DNA from: an uncultured virus (IMG/VR IMGVR_UViG_3300020469_000014)
Taxonomy: Duplodnaviria > Heunggongvirae > Uroviricota > Caudoviricetes
DNA length: 64,000 nucleotides
Virus record (IMG/VR): IMGVR_UViG_3300020469_000014
Coordinates: 1 to 64,000 of that record
Direction: 5' to 3' (one strand)
Below, in pieces: positions 55,261 through 64,000 of the stretch (positions are counted from its first letter, which is position 1; each line of letters begins with the position of its first letter). Below the pieces are notes generated by a model, which was not told the DNA's origin, did not search any database, and saw only the letters and a list, made by a program, of their open reading frames with translations. A program made the translations under genes and the position numbers.

Positions 55261-55969
55261 GTTCTTGGTTCTCATTGTACTGAGGGTTGCACTCTTCTGT
55301 AAATGCTTTCCTTCTCTCTTGTGGTGTTAGTTGTACCACTCGCCAACCGTAGTCTCCATTAGTGACAATGGTGGGCATCATGTTCATTGATAATGTGACT
55401 CTGTTGTCTCCATTATTATGTTGATAACCATGTATGACTTGAGCAGGGAAAATCATCAGTTCGCCCTCTTTCACCTGTACTTGATTATCCTGATTGTGGT
55501 CTGTAAACTTCTTCCGCATCAATGTTAGACTAGGCATTACAGGATAGTATAAATTTTCTTCTCTTGTGAAGTGTGTATTTACATGATCTTTTGTAACATC
55601 AAAGTTCACATAATATATGCAACTTAGGTAAGAATTGCTATGAAAGTGTGGATGTTGGTATCCACCCTTGTCGCTTATGTTATACCAACTATCTGTAACT
55701 GCTACTGTCTCCTGTATATAATGACCTAGAACTTCCTTTGCATAATATTCTCCTTGTTGTTCACACCAATTTTTAAATCTACCATACTTCATATCCTCAT
55801 GGAGCACAGAGTAATGTCCAAGGTGCTTTAACGCCTTTGAGTTTGCATTGTAAGATAACTGATTGCTTTTCTGTTCTTCAATGTCATCTAACATATTTTG
55901 CTTTACCTTATCATGGAATGGGCACTCCACGATAAGAACTGGCGTTGGCAGAATGTTTACTACTTCCAT
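55244..55969 (-). CDS. 2OG-Fe(II) oxygenase, TIGR02466-like
   Basis: SWYN...GGYQHPHFH.NS.LS.IYY, EGEL.IFP..V.HG...RVTLS.N. Confidence 0.88.
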   Translation of the reverse strand: MEVVNILPTPVLIVECPFHDKVKQNMLDDIEEQKSNQLSYNANSKALKHLGHYSVLHEDMKYGRFKNWCEQQGEYYAKEVLGHYIQETVAVTDSWYNISDKGGYQHPHFHSNSYLSCIYYVNFDVTKDHVNTHFTREENLYYPVMPSLTLMRKKFTDHNQDNQVQVKEGELMIFPAQVIHGYQHNNGDNRVTLSMNMMPTIVTNGDYGWRVVQLTPQERRKAFTEECNPQYNENQELDKDR

Positions 55970-55970
55970 G

Positions 55971-56675
55971 TTATAAATTAGGATAATCCCATAGTTCGCC
56001 TGACCTTTGGTTAGTCATGGCATTGTGTCTCTCTTGTTTGGTCAGAGGTTCAATTCTCACCTCATTCACATATCTAGGCATCAAATTACTTGATACTGTA
56101 ATTCTATTGTTACTGTAATTAGTTGCATAACCATGGCAAGTATTAGCAGGCCACAGTAACAACGAACCCTCTAATCCTACCACTTCATTAACATAATTAT
56201 ACTTTGTTTTCTCGTAATTTGTCAACATATATGCAAAGTAGTCAGGATTTTTCTGACTATTGTTTGGTCTGTAAAAATATGTTGGAGCGTGGACTTCATC
56301 ATCAAAGTTGATATAATATAAGGCACATATAACGGCATTTATATGAAAATGCGGACTCTGACGACCACCTTCATCACACACATTTAACCAACTATCTGTC
56401 AATACAAAATCAGATGTATCATAGTTAAGTATATCTTTTGCGTATATTTCTGCCTGTAGTTCTATCCACTCCCTAAACTCCTTGTACTTATCTTGAGATA
56501 GAGGCGAGTAGTAATCAAGGTGTTCTAATCTTTTTGCGGGTGCGTCAACCTTTTTATGTTCATAGTCATTACCATGACTATTGATCTCATCAGTAATTAA
56601 TGACTTTAGTTTCTCATGCTCAGGGTATAATACTGCTCCTAACTGTAAAGGTAGTATATCAACCACTCTCATCAA
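55971..56675 (-). CDS. 2OG-Fe(II) oxygenase, TIGR02466-like
   Basis: SWLN...GG.Q.PHFH.N...ALYY, EG.LLLWP...HG...RITVS.N; paralogue of the neighbouring gene. Confidence 0.88.
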   Translation of the reverse strand: MMRVVDILPLQLGAVLYPEHEKLKSLITDEINSHGNDYEHKKVDAPAKRLEHLDYYSPLSQDKYKEFREWIELQAEIYAKDILNYDTSDFVLTDSWLNVCDEGGRQSPHFHINAVICALYYINFDDEVHAPTYFYRPNNSQKNPDYFAYMLTNYEKTKYNYVNEVVGLEGSLLLWPANTCHGYATNYSNNRITVSSNLMPRYVNEVRIEPLTKQERHNAMTNQRSGELWDYPNL

Positions 56676-57307
56676 CTTTCACCTACACTATTTGGGTGGT
56701 TTTCTCCCCAAACTTCCTTTAAAAATGATTCAGGCAACATATCTCTAGGAGCAGGCGAAGTGTTGAAACTTACAGTAATTCGTTCCTGATCTGTATTATT
56801 AACTCTGCTTCCATGTTCTAACCAAGAAGGAAATAGGTATAGATGATTTTCTTTAATTGGTATATCCATTTCATATACACCATAACGTGTAGGTTGTATG
56901 TTATGAATACACATCATATATGGTTTGAGTGGCGATACCACGAAAAACTGTCCAAAATCTCCCTCTGGTAACTCAAGATAGAAAGCACCACTTACAACAC
57001 TAGACTCATGGCGATGTTTATCTGTGTATCCACCTTTGGGCAGCATATTATACCATGCTCCACTAATAATTGCAGGGTAGTTTCCTATTTTAGCATTATA
57101 ATCATTCAAACACTCATGAAAAACATTTAATATATCATAACAACCCTCATCTTGTAACGGATCCCAACCACCATGAGAACTGACACCATTCACTGCTAAA
57201 GAATGTCCATGTGTTTTACCTTGTTCTTTTATATGTTTTTTAAAATAATCTAAACCAGGCGCCTCTGTTAGATCATATTCTTCCAATAGTGTGGGAAATA
57301 AATCCAT
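56672..57307 (-). CDS. 2OG-Fe(II) oxygenase, TIGR02466-like
   Basis: WYN..PKGG....HRH..S..SGAFY, LFPSWLEHG...RITVSFN. Confidence 0.88.
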   Translation of the reverse strand: MDLFPTLLEEYDLTEAPGLDYFKKHIKEQGKTHGHSLAVNGVSSHGGWDPLQDEGCYDILNVFHECLNDYNAKIGNYPAIISGAWYNMLPKGGYTDKHRHESSVVSGAFYLELPEGDFGQFFVVSPLKPYMMCIHNIQPTRYGVYEMDIPIKENHLYLFPSWLEHGSRVNNTDQERITVSFNTSPAPRDMLPESFLKEVWGENHPNSVGES

Positions 57308-57308
57308 A

Positions 57309-57833
57309 TCAATTCCATTTACAATAGTCTATGTTGAGAACAACTCTCAGGTCAGCATCAGTACATGACGTACCTGCGTGAAGCAAATCACCTGAGAATA
57401 TAACTGCCCTATTCTCTTTTGATACCACTTTCTGTCCGTCCTCAAAGTATGTATATCCATCATTGTCATTGAAGTATATCACACAAATATGATAGTCTGG
57501 TATGTCAGTAAAGTTGCCTTGACTATCTTGGGGACCTGATACATCAACGTGTAATGGTTTCTCTTTTATGTTTGTCGTTCTAGGTGTGGCATTGAACTTA
57601 ATCCTATGCAATGCAAATGGATTAATTGTAGCAAATATTGGTTTAATTATACCATAAAGATCTGATATTGGTTCAGAGTCTATGTAACAGGCATGAGTAA
57701 ATTGTGGGCAACCATCGCCTTCCATCACAGAGGTAGGAGAATAGTACCAAGGCATAACCCCACCAAAGATATACTCTTTGATAGGGTTAAAAACCTCAGT
57801 AGGTAGGAAGTTATCGTAAACTTCTATGCTCAT
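57309..57833 (-). CDS. 2OG-Fe(II) oxygenase (HxD type)
   Basis: LHVD, IYFNDNDGYTYF, ENRAVIF....HAG....RVVLN. Confidence 0.85.
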   Translation of the reverse strand: MSIEVYDNFLPTEVFNPIKEYIFGGVMPWYYSPTSVMEGDGCPQFTHACYIDSEPISDLYGIIKPIFATINPFALHRIKFNATPRTTNIKEKPLHVDVSGPQDSQGNFTDIPDYHICVIYFNDNDGYTYFEDGQKVVSKENRAVIFSGDLLHAGTSCTDADLRVVLNIDYCKWN

Positions 57834-59368
57834 ACACTATCGCTTTTTGCAAGGTTCTGATCTTTGAATACTACTTGAATGTTCTCCATTGTAGTTTTGC
57901 CTCCTAGTGAGTGTGGAGTGATATGATCTAGACTTGTGATATCTGGGTCTTTTGCTTCCTCACGACTAATGGGGCGACCAGATAGAGGACAAACTCTGTT
58001 CTGTCCTTCCCATAGAGGGATTCTCCAACGTGGATCTGCAAGTCTTACTTCATCTTTGACTACTGCAATACCTGCTTCAACTAACATAGGAATTAAATCC
58101 TCACGAATGTGCTCAACTCTGTGCTTTGCCTTGTACCAAGTGTTTGCACCATAGAGATCATAGAACTTAACCCATGTCTCACGATCTTGACCTGTATTGT
58201 ACTTAGGTGTTTTGTCCTGACACTTCTCGTCATACCACGCCATGTAGACATCAAATAGTCTCTTGTAGTTACTCTTAGCAACTGAACCATTGAGTCTCTC
58301 AATCTCAACAAACAACCAATAGAAATCATGTAAGATGTTTCTACCACCAGTTGCAGCAAGGTTCTTCCTCTTTTGAACAGTTTCCCTCATGAAAGGAAGG
58401 AAAATGTTATTAAGGAACTTGACAAAATTATCATAGTTCTTTGTTACCTTTGTGTTATTGGTACTTCCAACAACGTAGTCAGCATCAAGAGTAGATGTTG
58501 CATAAGGGTCAATCTGACCATACCATGTATAGTAGTTAGACCATGCTGCGAGGTAGGCACAGAATTTGTATCTGATAGAATTAGACTTTGTGATGAAGTC
58601 TGCAGCAAGGAACTCTTCCTTGAGTACGTCATTCAAGTCACGAATAGCACGACAATAGATCGAAGTATTGCAGTTACGGAACTCCTCAGTAGTCAAGTCC
58701 TCATTGTTGTTCAATTTGATGAACAAATCTTTCCTCTCTTCAGAGGTTAGAGAAGGATACTCAAACCAGTTGAACAAAGCAGAATCAACTGCCTCTACAA
58801 GTTTAGCATAGTCTTGACCCAAGTTCAAGAGAACTGACTTTGTGTAGTAGTCATCTTGATCTAAGATAACTGTGGTGTTCTTATAATCTCCAATGATGCC
58901 GTCCCACTCTCTAACTGTATAGTTACCAGACTCCAGAGGAACTAGATCATTGTCCCAATCTTCAATGGCATCACATCTGTTACCACCATCAATGTGTAGA
59001 TACTTATAACCTTGTTCTTGGAAAAAGATAAGTCTCTCTCTATATTCAACATCTAAAGGATCATTGTACACAGCAATCCTTGCGTTCATGGCATAAATTG
59101 TCTTTGCAATATTTACCATATGAAATGATGAAAGTTCAGCGTATCCTTGAATAACAGCACTAATATAAGATGACTGTTTGCCTGGAAGATGTCTCCACAC
59201 TGACTCTCGTTGTACGTCACGATCACGACCTGCTGCTTTCAGAATCTCCTTGAAAGCATGTCCAGTCACCTCATAAAAAGGTTCTTTCTCAAGGCACTTA
59301 TGTGACTTTAGATTCCTGATCGGAATTTTCTTTGATGATTTAGGCATAATAATGACCAATTGTGACAA
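57830..59368 (-). CDS. DUF262 (GmrS-like) domain plus C-terminal HNH endonuclease
   Basis: QR..VW, HIDGGNR (DGQQR-like), LFIKLN; C-terminal Q...CPLSG...DHITPHSLGGKT..ENIQ......N..KS. Confidence 0.75.
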   Translation of the reverse strand: MSQLVIIMPKSSKKIPIRNLKSHKCLEKEPFYEVTGHAFKEILKAAGRDRDVQRESVWRHLPGKQSSYISAVIQGYAELSSFHMVNIAKTIYAMNARIAVYNDPLDVEYRERLIFFQEQGYKYLHIDGGNRCDAIEDWDNDLVPLESGNYTVREWDGIIGDYKNTTVILDQDDYYTKSVLLNLGQDYAKLVEAVDSALFNWFEYPSLTSEERKDLFIKLNNNEDLTTEEFRNCNTSIYCRAIRDLNDVLKEEFLAADFITKSNSIRYKFCAYLAAWSNYYTWYGQIDPYATSTLDADYVVGSTNNTKVTKNYDNFVKFLNNIFLPFMRETVQKRKNLAATGGRNILHDFYWLFVEIERLNGSVAKSNYKRLFDVYMAWYDEKCQDKTPKYNTGQDRETWVKFYDLYGANTWYKAKHRVEHIREDLIPMLVEAGIAVVKDEVRLADPRWRIPLWEGQNRVCPLSGRPISREEAKDPDITSLDHITPHSLGGKTTMENIQVVFKDQNLAKSDSV

Positions 59369-59402
59369 TCTGGTACTGCGTACCTCATGTCTTTACATAT
59401 TC

Positions 59403-59431
59403 ACTATAACAGGTCCTCTTTGCCTTGTCAA
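59403..59431 (-). promoter_or_regulatory. Sigma70 promoter
   Basis: TTGACA-17-TATAGT upstream of the DUF262-HNH gene. Confidence 0.75.
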
Positions 59432-59434
59432 CCC

Positions 59435-59563
59435 CTAATCCACAAATATGTGAGAACACTTGGGACAACAGTGAACTTCCTTCTCCTTGTACATTTGTTT
59501 GTACTCTCTGGGGTTGGAACGTTTAAACATTAACTCATCAATCTTTTTTACTTGTTTTCTCAT
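59435..59563 (-). CDS. Small protein with a CxxC motif (42 aa)
   Basis: Manual ORF MRKQVKKIDELMFKRSNPREYKQMYKEKEVHCCPKCSHIFVD. Confidence 0.55.
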   Translation of the reverse strand: MRKQVKKIDELMFKRSNPREYKQMYKEKEVHCCPKCSHIFVD

Positions 59564-59702
59564 TTTCGATGATTTGCAACATTTCAAGAGCGCCTTGCAC
59601 TTTCAAAAATTCTTCTTTCTTGAGTTCAAAAGTTTTACTCAATTCTTGGATTTCTGCTTGAAGGTCTGTCGCCCTCTTTGTCAAATCTTCTTTGTGACTC
59701 AT
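59538..59702 (-). CDS. Small coiled-coil protein (54 aa)
   Basis: Manual ORF MSHKEDLTKRATDLQAEIQEL...FLKVQGALEML; TTGCCA-16-TATGAT upstream. Confidence 0.7.
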   Translation of the reverse strand: MSHKEDLTKRATDLQAEIQELSKTFELKKEEFLKVQGALEMLQIIENEKTSKKD

Positions 59703-59738
59703 AATAATCTTGCACTACATGATATATATCATACCATA

Positions 59739-59745
59739 ATAAATA
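59739..59745 (+). promoter_or_regulatory. Late promoter ATAAATA
   Basis: 26 nt upstream of ATG 59771. Confidence 0.7.
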
Positions 59746-59770
59746 GATTTGGCAAGATCTACCTAACAAT

Positions 59771-61363
59771 ATGAACGAGAATTATTCTTTAGAAGAAGAA
59801 CAAAAAGAATATGAGATAGAATCTAATCCCGAACTGCAAAGGAATGAGTTAAATCCCTCTGTAGCAACGGTCATGTATTCACATGAGAAGGTCTATAAGA
59901 CTCTTGCAACTGTTGGAGACTTTGTATGTCATATTTGGTACTATGATGATAACTATGACCCTCAGAGATCCACTGAGGGGTCTAAGAGAATCCATATTGT
60001 ACCTACTGACAATATTCTAAGGCATGATACTGACAGTGAACTGGTAAACTACTGGTTTAACATTGCCAATGACAAGTGGCCTCAAGGTGTAATCTTTGTC
60101 AACCCTATCATAAGGAGAAATGGGGTTAAGTTTGTAAGCAACAGTGACCTTAGAGACTGTGTGAAGTATATGTCAGGTGTTGCTGCACACTATGATGCAA
60201 ACTCTAGTGACATTGTGGCGATTGATGTTGAAGACGGCAATAAAATGTATGAGATGAGTTATGATGTGTCCGCTTCTAAGATATACTCTGACGTATCAAA
60301 CAACACCTATGATGACTTCACTTCAGGACCCCTTAGTGGTGGTAGTTTAAGTCTATCATACGATCAATCGTTTGGAAGTGGTCAGATCTCTATGAGTAGT
60401 CTTGCTGTTACACTAAGTGGTTCGTCTCCAGAAAATTTCAGTCAGTATTATAGAGGCAACAAAGTTGCAAATATATCTCAAAACAATAGTGTTCCCACTA
60501 GTGGCACTTTCTCATTCAGTCAGTTGAGAAACGTAACCACTGGTGTGACTGCTAATGCTAATGGAAATTGGATGCACCTACAAGCAAGATGGGAAGTATT
60601 TACTGGTGGAATATGGGAATCCAATTTAAATAAGAGATTGAATGTAACTGGTAGTGTTGGAGGAGCGACTGACAACCCTGCACTGCGATTTAATGGTTCT
60701 GGCGCAGGCAAAATTGATGTATCTATTTCGGGTGATGTGAGGGGAGTCTCTGGCACGCCTGGTTTGCAAGGTGTCGCAGGCCTTGGTAAACCTGGCGGAA
60801 CTGCAAATAAGGCAATGCACGTTGCAAGTCCAATCAGGATGTCTAGTGGTGACCTAAACAGCAGAATCCGTGGCGGTGGCGGCGGAGGCGGTGGTGGCGG
60901 TGGTGGAGGTAAAGGTGGTGGCGGAGGTCACGGCGGAGGTAGAAGATGTAGAGGTTGGTTCTGTAATAGTTCCGAAAGAGTATGCCACAATAATGGTGGT
61001 CAAGGTGGTGCTGGTGGTAATGGAGGAATTGGTGGAGTAGGTGCTGGATATGTTTGGGCTGGATCTTATTTCGCAGCGCACTCTGGTAGTGCTGGATATG
61101 GTGGCCAAGGCGGTTCAGGCGGTAGTTCTAGAGGAGGTGGCCAAGGCGGAAATGGTGGTGGCGGCGGTAGAGGCGGCGGACATGAACAAAATGGCACTGC
61201 TGGTAACCAAGGTTCAAAAGGCGATCGAGGCGAAAGAAACGAGGAAAGTTGCGGATATGCCGGCGATGGTAGACGTGGTGGACAAGGCAGTAATGGAGGC
61301 GCTGGAGGTGGTAATGCAGGTAAGTGGACAACTAGTGGTAGTGGAGGTATAACTAATATCTAA
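59771..61363 (+). CDS. Glycine-rich tail-fibre tip/adhesin-like protein
   Basis: ISMS.L....G..P..FSQYYRG...VPTSG..S.S module followed by polyglycine segments; own late promoter; the only convincing plus-strand gene. Confidence 0.75.
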   Translation: MNENYSLEEEQKEYEIESNPELQRNELNPSVATVMYSHEKVYKTLATVGDFVCHIWYYDDNYDPQRSTEGSKRIHIVPTDNILRHDTDSELVNYWFNIANDKWPQGVIFVNPIIRRNGVKFVSNSDLRDCVKYMSGVAAHYDANSSDIVAIDVEDGNKMYEMSYDVSASKIYSDVSNNTYDDFTSGPLSGGSLSLSYDQSFGSGQISMSSLAVTLSGSSPENFSQYYRGNKVANISQNNSVPTSGTFSFSQLRNVTTGVTANANGNWMHLQARWEVFTGGIWESNLNKRLNVTGSVGGATDNPALRFNGSGAGKIDVSISGDVRGVSGTPGLQGVAGLGKPGGTANKAMHVASPIRMSSGDLNSRIRGGGGGGGGGGGGGKGGGGGHGGGRRCRGWFCNSSERVCHNNGGQGGAGGNGGIGGVGAGYVWAGSYFAAHSGSAGYGGQGGSGGSSRGGGQGGNGGGGGRGGGHEQNGTAGNQGSKGDRGERNEESCGYAGDGRRGGQGSNGGAGGGNAGKWTTSGSGGITNI

Positions 61364-62331
61364 TCTAAACCATAAACTAATTCTAACTTAGTACCATCAT
61401 GTCCAGCAGTGATAATGGTGGCACCATGTACTGCTTTGGGTTGTTCTTCCCATGAAATTATCTCTTTCTGCCATTCTTCTGACATCCCATACCAATTGGT
61501 TGCACTAGTGGAAATGTTAGATACCGATGTTTTATGAGATTGATGTCTCTCCAAATAGACTCCAAAATTATCTTGGGCTGTTGTTCCCTCTGGAGCATCA
61601 TATGAAAATGTTGTAGATAAAGCATATCCTATCTCTTTAACCAATCCAGTTGAATTGAATTCAATAAGAATTTCAACATCACTGTCACTGTCTATTACGA
61701 GTTGGTCAACCAACTTACTCACACCTTCAATATTCTGATATATCTTAGTGTTTGATCTAGTACCATATAATTTTAATAGATCCTCTGATATAGAGGTAGA
61801 TTCTTTCAACAATCCTATTCTAATAGACTTATCTACTACACTAATATTCGCTGTAGATATTTCATAATCAAACTCATCAGGTTCTAACATCTTCAACACT
61901 TCTCTTAAAGATGATGTGTCAGTATTACCTGTGACCTCAGTTGCAAGCTGACATAAGGCATCAATGGTAGGATCAATTAGAGCAGGCGATTCAAATGATA
62001 GTATCTCATTTGTCATCACATTATTCTTAAAGTATAAGAACTTATATTTGTTCATATATTTGAACAATACATTGTTACCCAAGCGTCCATCGAAGTACTC
62101 ATACTGTTCAATACCTGTAGGAATACTGTACTTAAATCCATACTTTGAGACTTCACCCTCAGACTTGATAAGTCCGATAGAATCATGAGCACTAGAGATT
62201 ATCTCAGGATATATCTCTGACAGTTCTCTTATAGCATCAACATCCGCACTGTTAAACAGATTAGGGTATTTGGATATTGAACTTAAGTGTTCTAAATTAA
62301 CCATTCTTTTCCTTTTTGGTAACTGAACCAA
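61360..62331 (-). CDS. Hypothetical protein
   Basis: 323-aa ORF, probable start at 62304; no recognised motif. Confidence 0.75.
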   Translation of the reverse strand: MVQLPKRKRMVNLEHLSSISKYPNLFNSADVDAIRELSEIYPEIISSAHDSIGLIKSEGEVSKYGFKYSIPTGIEQYEYFDGRLGNNVLFKYMNKYKFLYFKNNVMTNEILSFESPALIDPTIDALCQLATEVTGNTDTSSLREVLKMLEPDEFDYEISTANISVVDKSIRIGLLKESTSISEDLLKLYGTRSNTKIYQNIEGVSKLVDQLVIDSDSDVEILIEFNSTGLVKEIGYALSTTFSYDAPEGTTAQDNFGVYLERHQSHKTSVSNISTSATNWYGMSEEWQKEIISWEEQPKAVHGATIITAGHDGTKLELVYGLD

Positions 62332-62873
62332 GTGATAACAGAATATCTTTCACCTTTTGTCACAGGTTTGACCTCGTGTATGAACAAGTGATTACTTGGA
62401 TATACATGAACAGAGTTGCTTTCAGATATCATATTATGATTACCCCAAAAACAAATATTGCCGCCCTCATAATCATCATTGATAGTATATGATGTGGTTA
62501 CTGAACCAGCATCAGCATCAACGTCTGTGTGAGGAGATAGATAACCGCCTTCTGGATACTTACATAACCAGTATCCTGAGTATTTATCGTATATTGGGTC
62601 TGTTGGTAATGTGCCTTTGTAATCATTGTATATTGCAGGCATCAATCTAATGTGTGCCTTGTGAATCAAATCAAATATCTTTCCATGCTCAGGTTCTATC
62701 AACATTTGTGACCTGTAACCTTTCAAGTTATAGTATGAAGTAGGAGGAGGATTGTCTGGTTCAGGCCAATCTAATCCTTTAACGAGTTCGAGCAATCGTC
62801 TATGATCGACTGTAGAAAGAACATTCCCATGATGAAAGATATAGTGAAGTAGTCCTTTTGTTTCATTCAGCAT
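62292..62873 (-). CDS. 2OG-Fe(II) oxygenase, prolyl-4-hydroxylase-like
   Basis: KY..GG...PHTD, INDDYEGG..F, YPSN..F.HEV.PVTKGERYSV.TW. Confidence 0.9.
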   Translation of the reverse strand: MLNETKGLLHYIFHHGNVLSTVDHRRLLELVKGLDWPEPDNPPPTSYYNLKGYRSQMLIEPEHGKIFDLIHKAHIRLMPAIYNDYKGTLPTDPIYDKYSGYWLCKYPEGGYLSPHTDVDADAGSVTTSYTINDDYEGGNICFWGNHNMISESNSVHVYPSNHLFIHEVKPVTKGERYSVITWFSYQKGKEWLI

Positions 62874-63630
62874 TGATATCTACGTTTAACGAGTCTGCAA
62901 ATATAAATCCCGACAACGATGTTCTAGGCGTATCCTTATACCACCCCTTCTTCATTATTGCACTGTGCCACATGTATGAAGGATATATTATCAACCTATT
63001 GAATTTCATGGGAACATGATATTCTTCTTCCCATACATCTTCAATGAGCATTGTATCATTATCTATCATATCAGTTGCTTTATCAGAAAAATCATAGAAC
63101 CACTCTTTCAAATTCCAATACTCTTCCGTTCTTTTAAATGGTTTATGTATGTTTTCAGTATTAGTTAGACCAGTTGCCTTGTGTTTAAAAAATGAGGTTC
63201 CACCTTGTCCATCATTCAAATATAATACTGTTGCATATACTGCTGGGTCAATGTGTGGTTGCACCGATACCCTAGGCACTTGTCTGTCACTAAACATTGA
63301 ATTGACCTGATATGACACTTTCGCATAATTAGTATCAATATTCTCAAATTCTGTACACTTCTCAATCATATGAAAAATAAGTTTACTCAACTCTGGCAGT
63401 TCAATGAATAACCTAGACTGATAGCCTGGGAATACCTCATCGGGTTCACCCCTGCTGTCTAGATCATTATATTGCATAGGCAATTTCTCCACCACCTCAC
63501 TAATGAAGTCATGGGGATTCTCCAGCACGTCATCAATTATGATTACTGGATGTGATTCTACTCTGGATACTTCATACTTTACTTCATCATTGACTCTGTG
63601 AGTCTCGTCATTAACAATGTTCAAATTCAT
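62863..63630 (-). CDS. DUF6445-like 2OG-Fe(II) oxygenase-fold protein
   Basis: IIIDD...NP, FPG, PHID, LYLN...GGTSFFKH, MKFNRL.IY.S..WHS. Confidence 0.75.
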   Translation of the reverse strand: MNLNIVNDETHRVNDEVKYEVSRVESHPVIIIDDVLENPHDFISEVVEKLPMQYNDLDSRGEPDEVFPGYQSRLFIELPELSKLIFHMIEKCTEFENIDTNYAKVSYQVNSMFSDRQVPRVSVQPHIDPAVYATVLYLNDGQGGTSFFKHKATGLTNTENIHKPFKRTEEYWNLKEWFYDFSDKATDMIDNDTMLIEDVWEEEYHVPMKFNRLIIYPSYMWHSAIMKKGWYKDTPRTSLSGFIFADSLNVDINAE

Positions 63631-63633
63631 GGT

Positions 63634-63849
63634 TTATAATTGTAGGTTGTATTCAGCAATCATGGCGAACATCTTACTTTGTATATGTTCTAGGTATGAT
63701 TTGTTGATTGGCGGTATATCCTCAAATGTATTAAGATAATCGGTGACAGTGTGATGAAGTATTCTTACCTCTTCAATTCCCATCACCGCCTCACAATGCC
63801 AATCACCATCATGAAACTCTTCTGGTAACCACTCTTCAGGACTTTCCAT
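63634..63849 (-). CDS. Hypothetical protein
   Basis: ATG at 63849 preferred (MESPEEW...GIEEVRILH). Confidence 0.7.
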   Translation of the reverse strand: MESPEEWLPEEFHDGDWHCEAVMGIEEVRILHHTVTDYLNTFEDIPPINKSYLEHIQSKMFAMIAEYNLQL

Positions 63850-64000
63850 ATCCACCAGTCTTAAGACTTTCAATTTCATCTTTGAGTTCTTTGATTGCCT
63901 CAATCAGTACTGGGACTAACTTCTCATATTTAACAGTTAAGTAATTGTCATTTTCTCGTTTAACAACTGCCTCTGGGAAGACCTTTTCTACCTCTTGTGC
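63836..64000 (-). CDS. Tail fibre, C-terminal intramolecular chaperone (peptidase S74) domain, 3' end only
   Basis: Manual translation AQEVEKVFPEAV......YLTVKYEKLVPVLIEAIKELKDEIESLK. Confidence 0.85.
   Translation of the reverse strand, partial: AQEVEKVFPEAVVKRENDNYLTVKYEKLVPVLIEAIKELKDEIESLKTGGYGKS

Noticed and set aside
57830..59368. Free-standing homing endonuclease or intron
   Set aside because: The HNH is fused to a long DUF262-like region, and no interrupted host gene or intron structure is evident.
59487..59774. 95-aa plus-strand ORF
   Set aside because: Antisense to two better minus-strand ORFs (59538..59702, 59435..59563) and spans the promoter region.
60860..61350. Collagen-like repeat or microsatellite
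   Set aside because: Polyglycine runs use mixed GGN codons and lack sustained Pro-rich Gly-X-Y periodicity; this is coding low complexity.

Overview
A 64-kb segment of a large T4-like marine cyanomyovirus (Kyanoviridae-type). The assignment rests on gene content and order; the host is presumably Prochlorococcus or Synechococcus. Nearly all genes are on the minus strand. (1) 1-38.3 kb is a late baseplate/virion module: gp25, gp6, giant gp7, a gp9/gp10-like connector, a 3000-aa repeat protein, gp8, a VrlC/DUF4815 protein and several virion proteins, with T4-type (T/C)TAAATA late promoters. (2) 38.3-41.7 kb holds small genes, a GT-A glycosyltransferase, a 2OG-Fe(II) oxygenase and an AbrB-like protein. 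(3) 41.8-55.2 kb is an early region of about 45 short ORFs. It is punctuated by about 15 copies of a regulatory cassette (TGTGCCA-N10-TGGCACA palindrome, sigma70-like promoter, AACAAACA leader) and contains non-coding structured elements, a ligase-fold protein and an SF2 helicase. (4) 55.2-64 kb has a 2OG-Fe(II) oxygenase cluster, a DUF262+HNH nuclease, one inverted glycine-rich late gene and the end of a tail-fibre gene. Two observations stand out. One is a 1253-codon +1 reading frame kept open inside a virion gene (38 Tyr codons, no stops). The other is a set of promoter-proximal hairpins whose loops are antisense to the shared early-gene leader, a candidate phage small-RNA control circuit. 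All family calls come from motif recognition by eye, not database searches.
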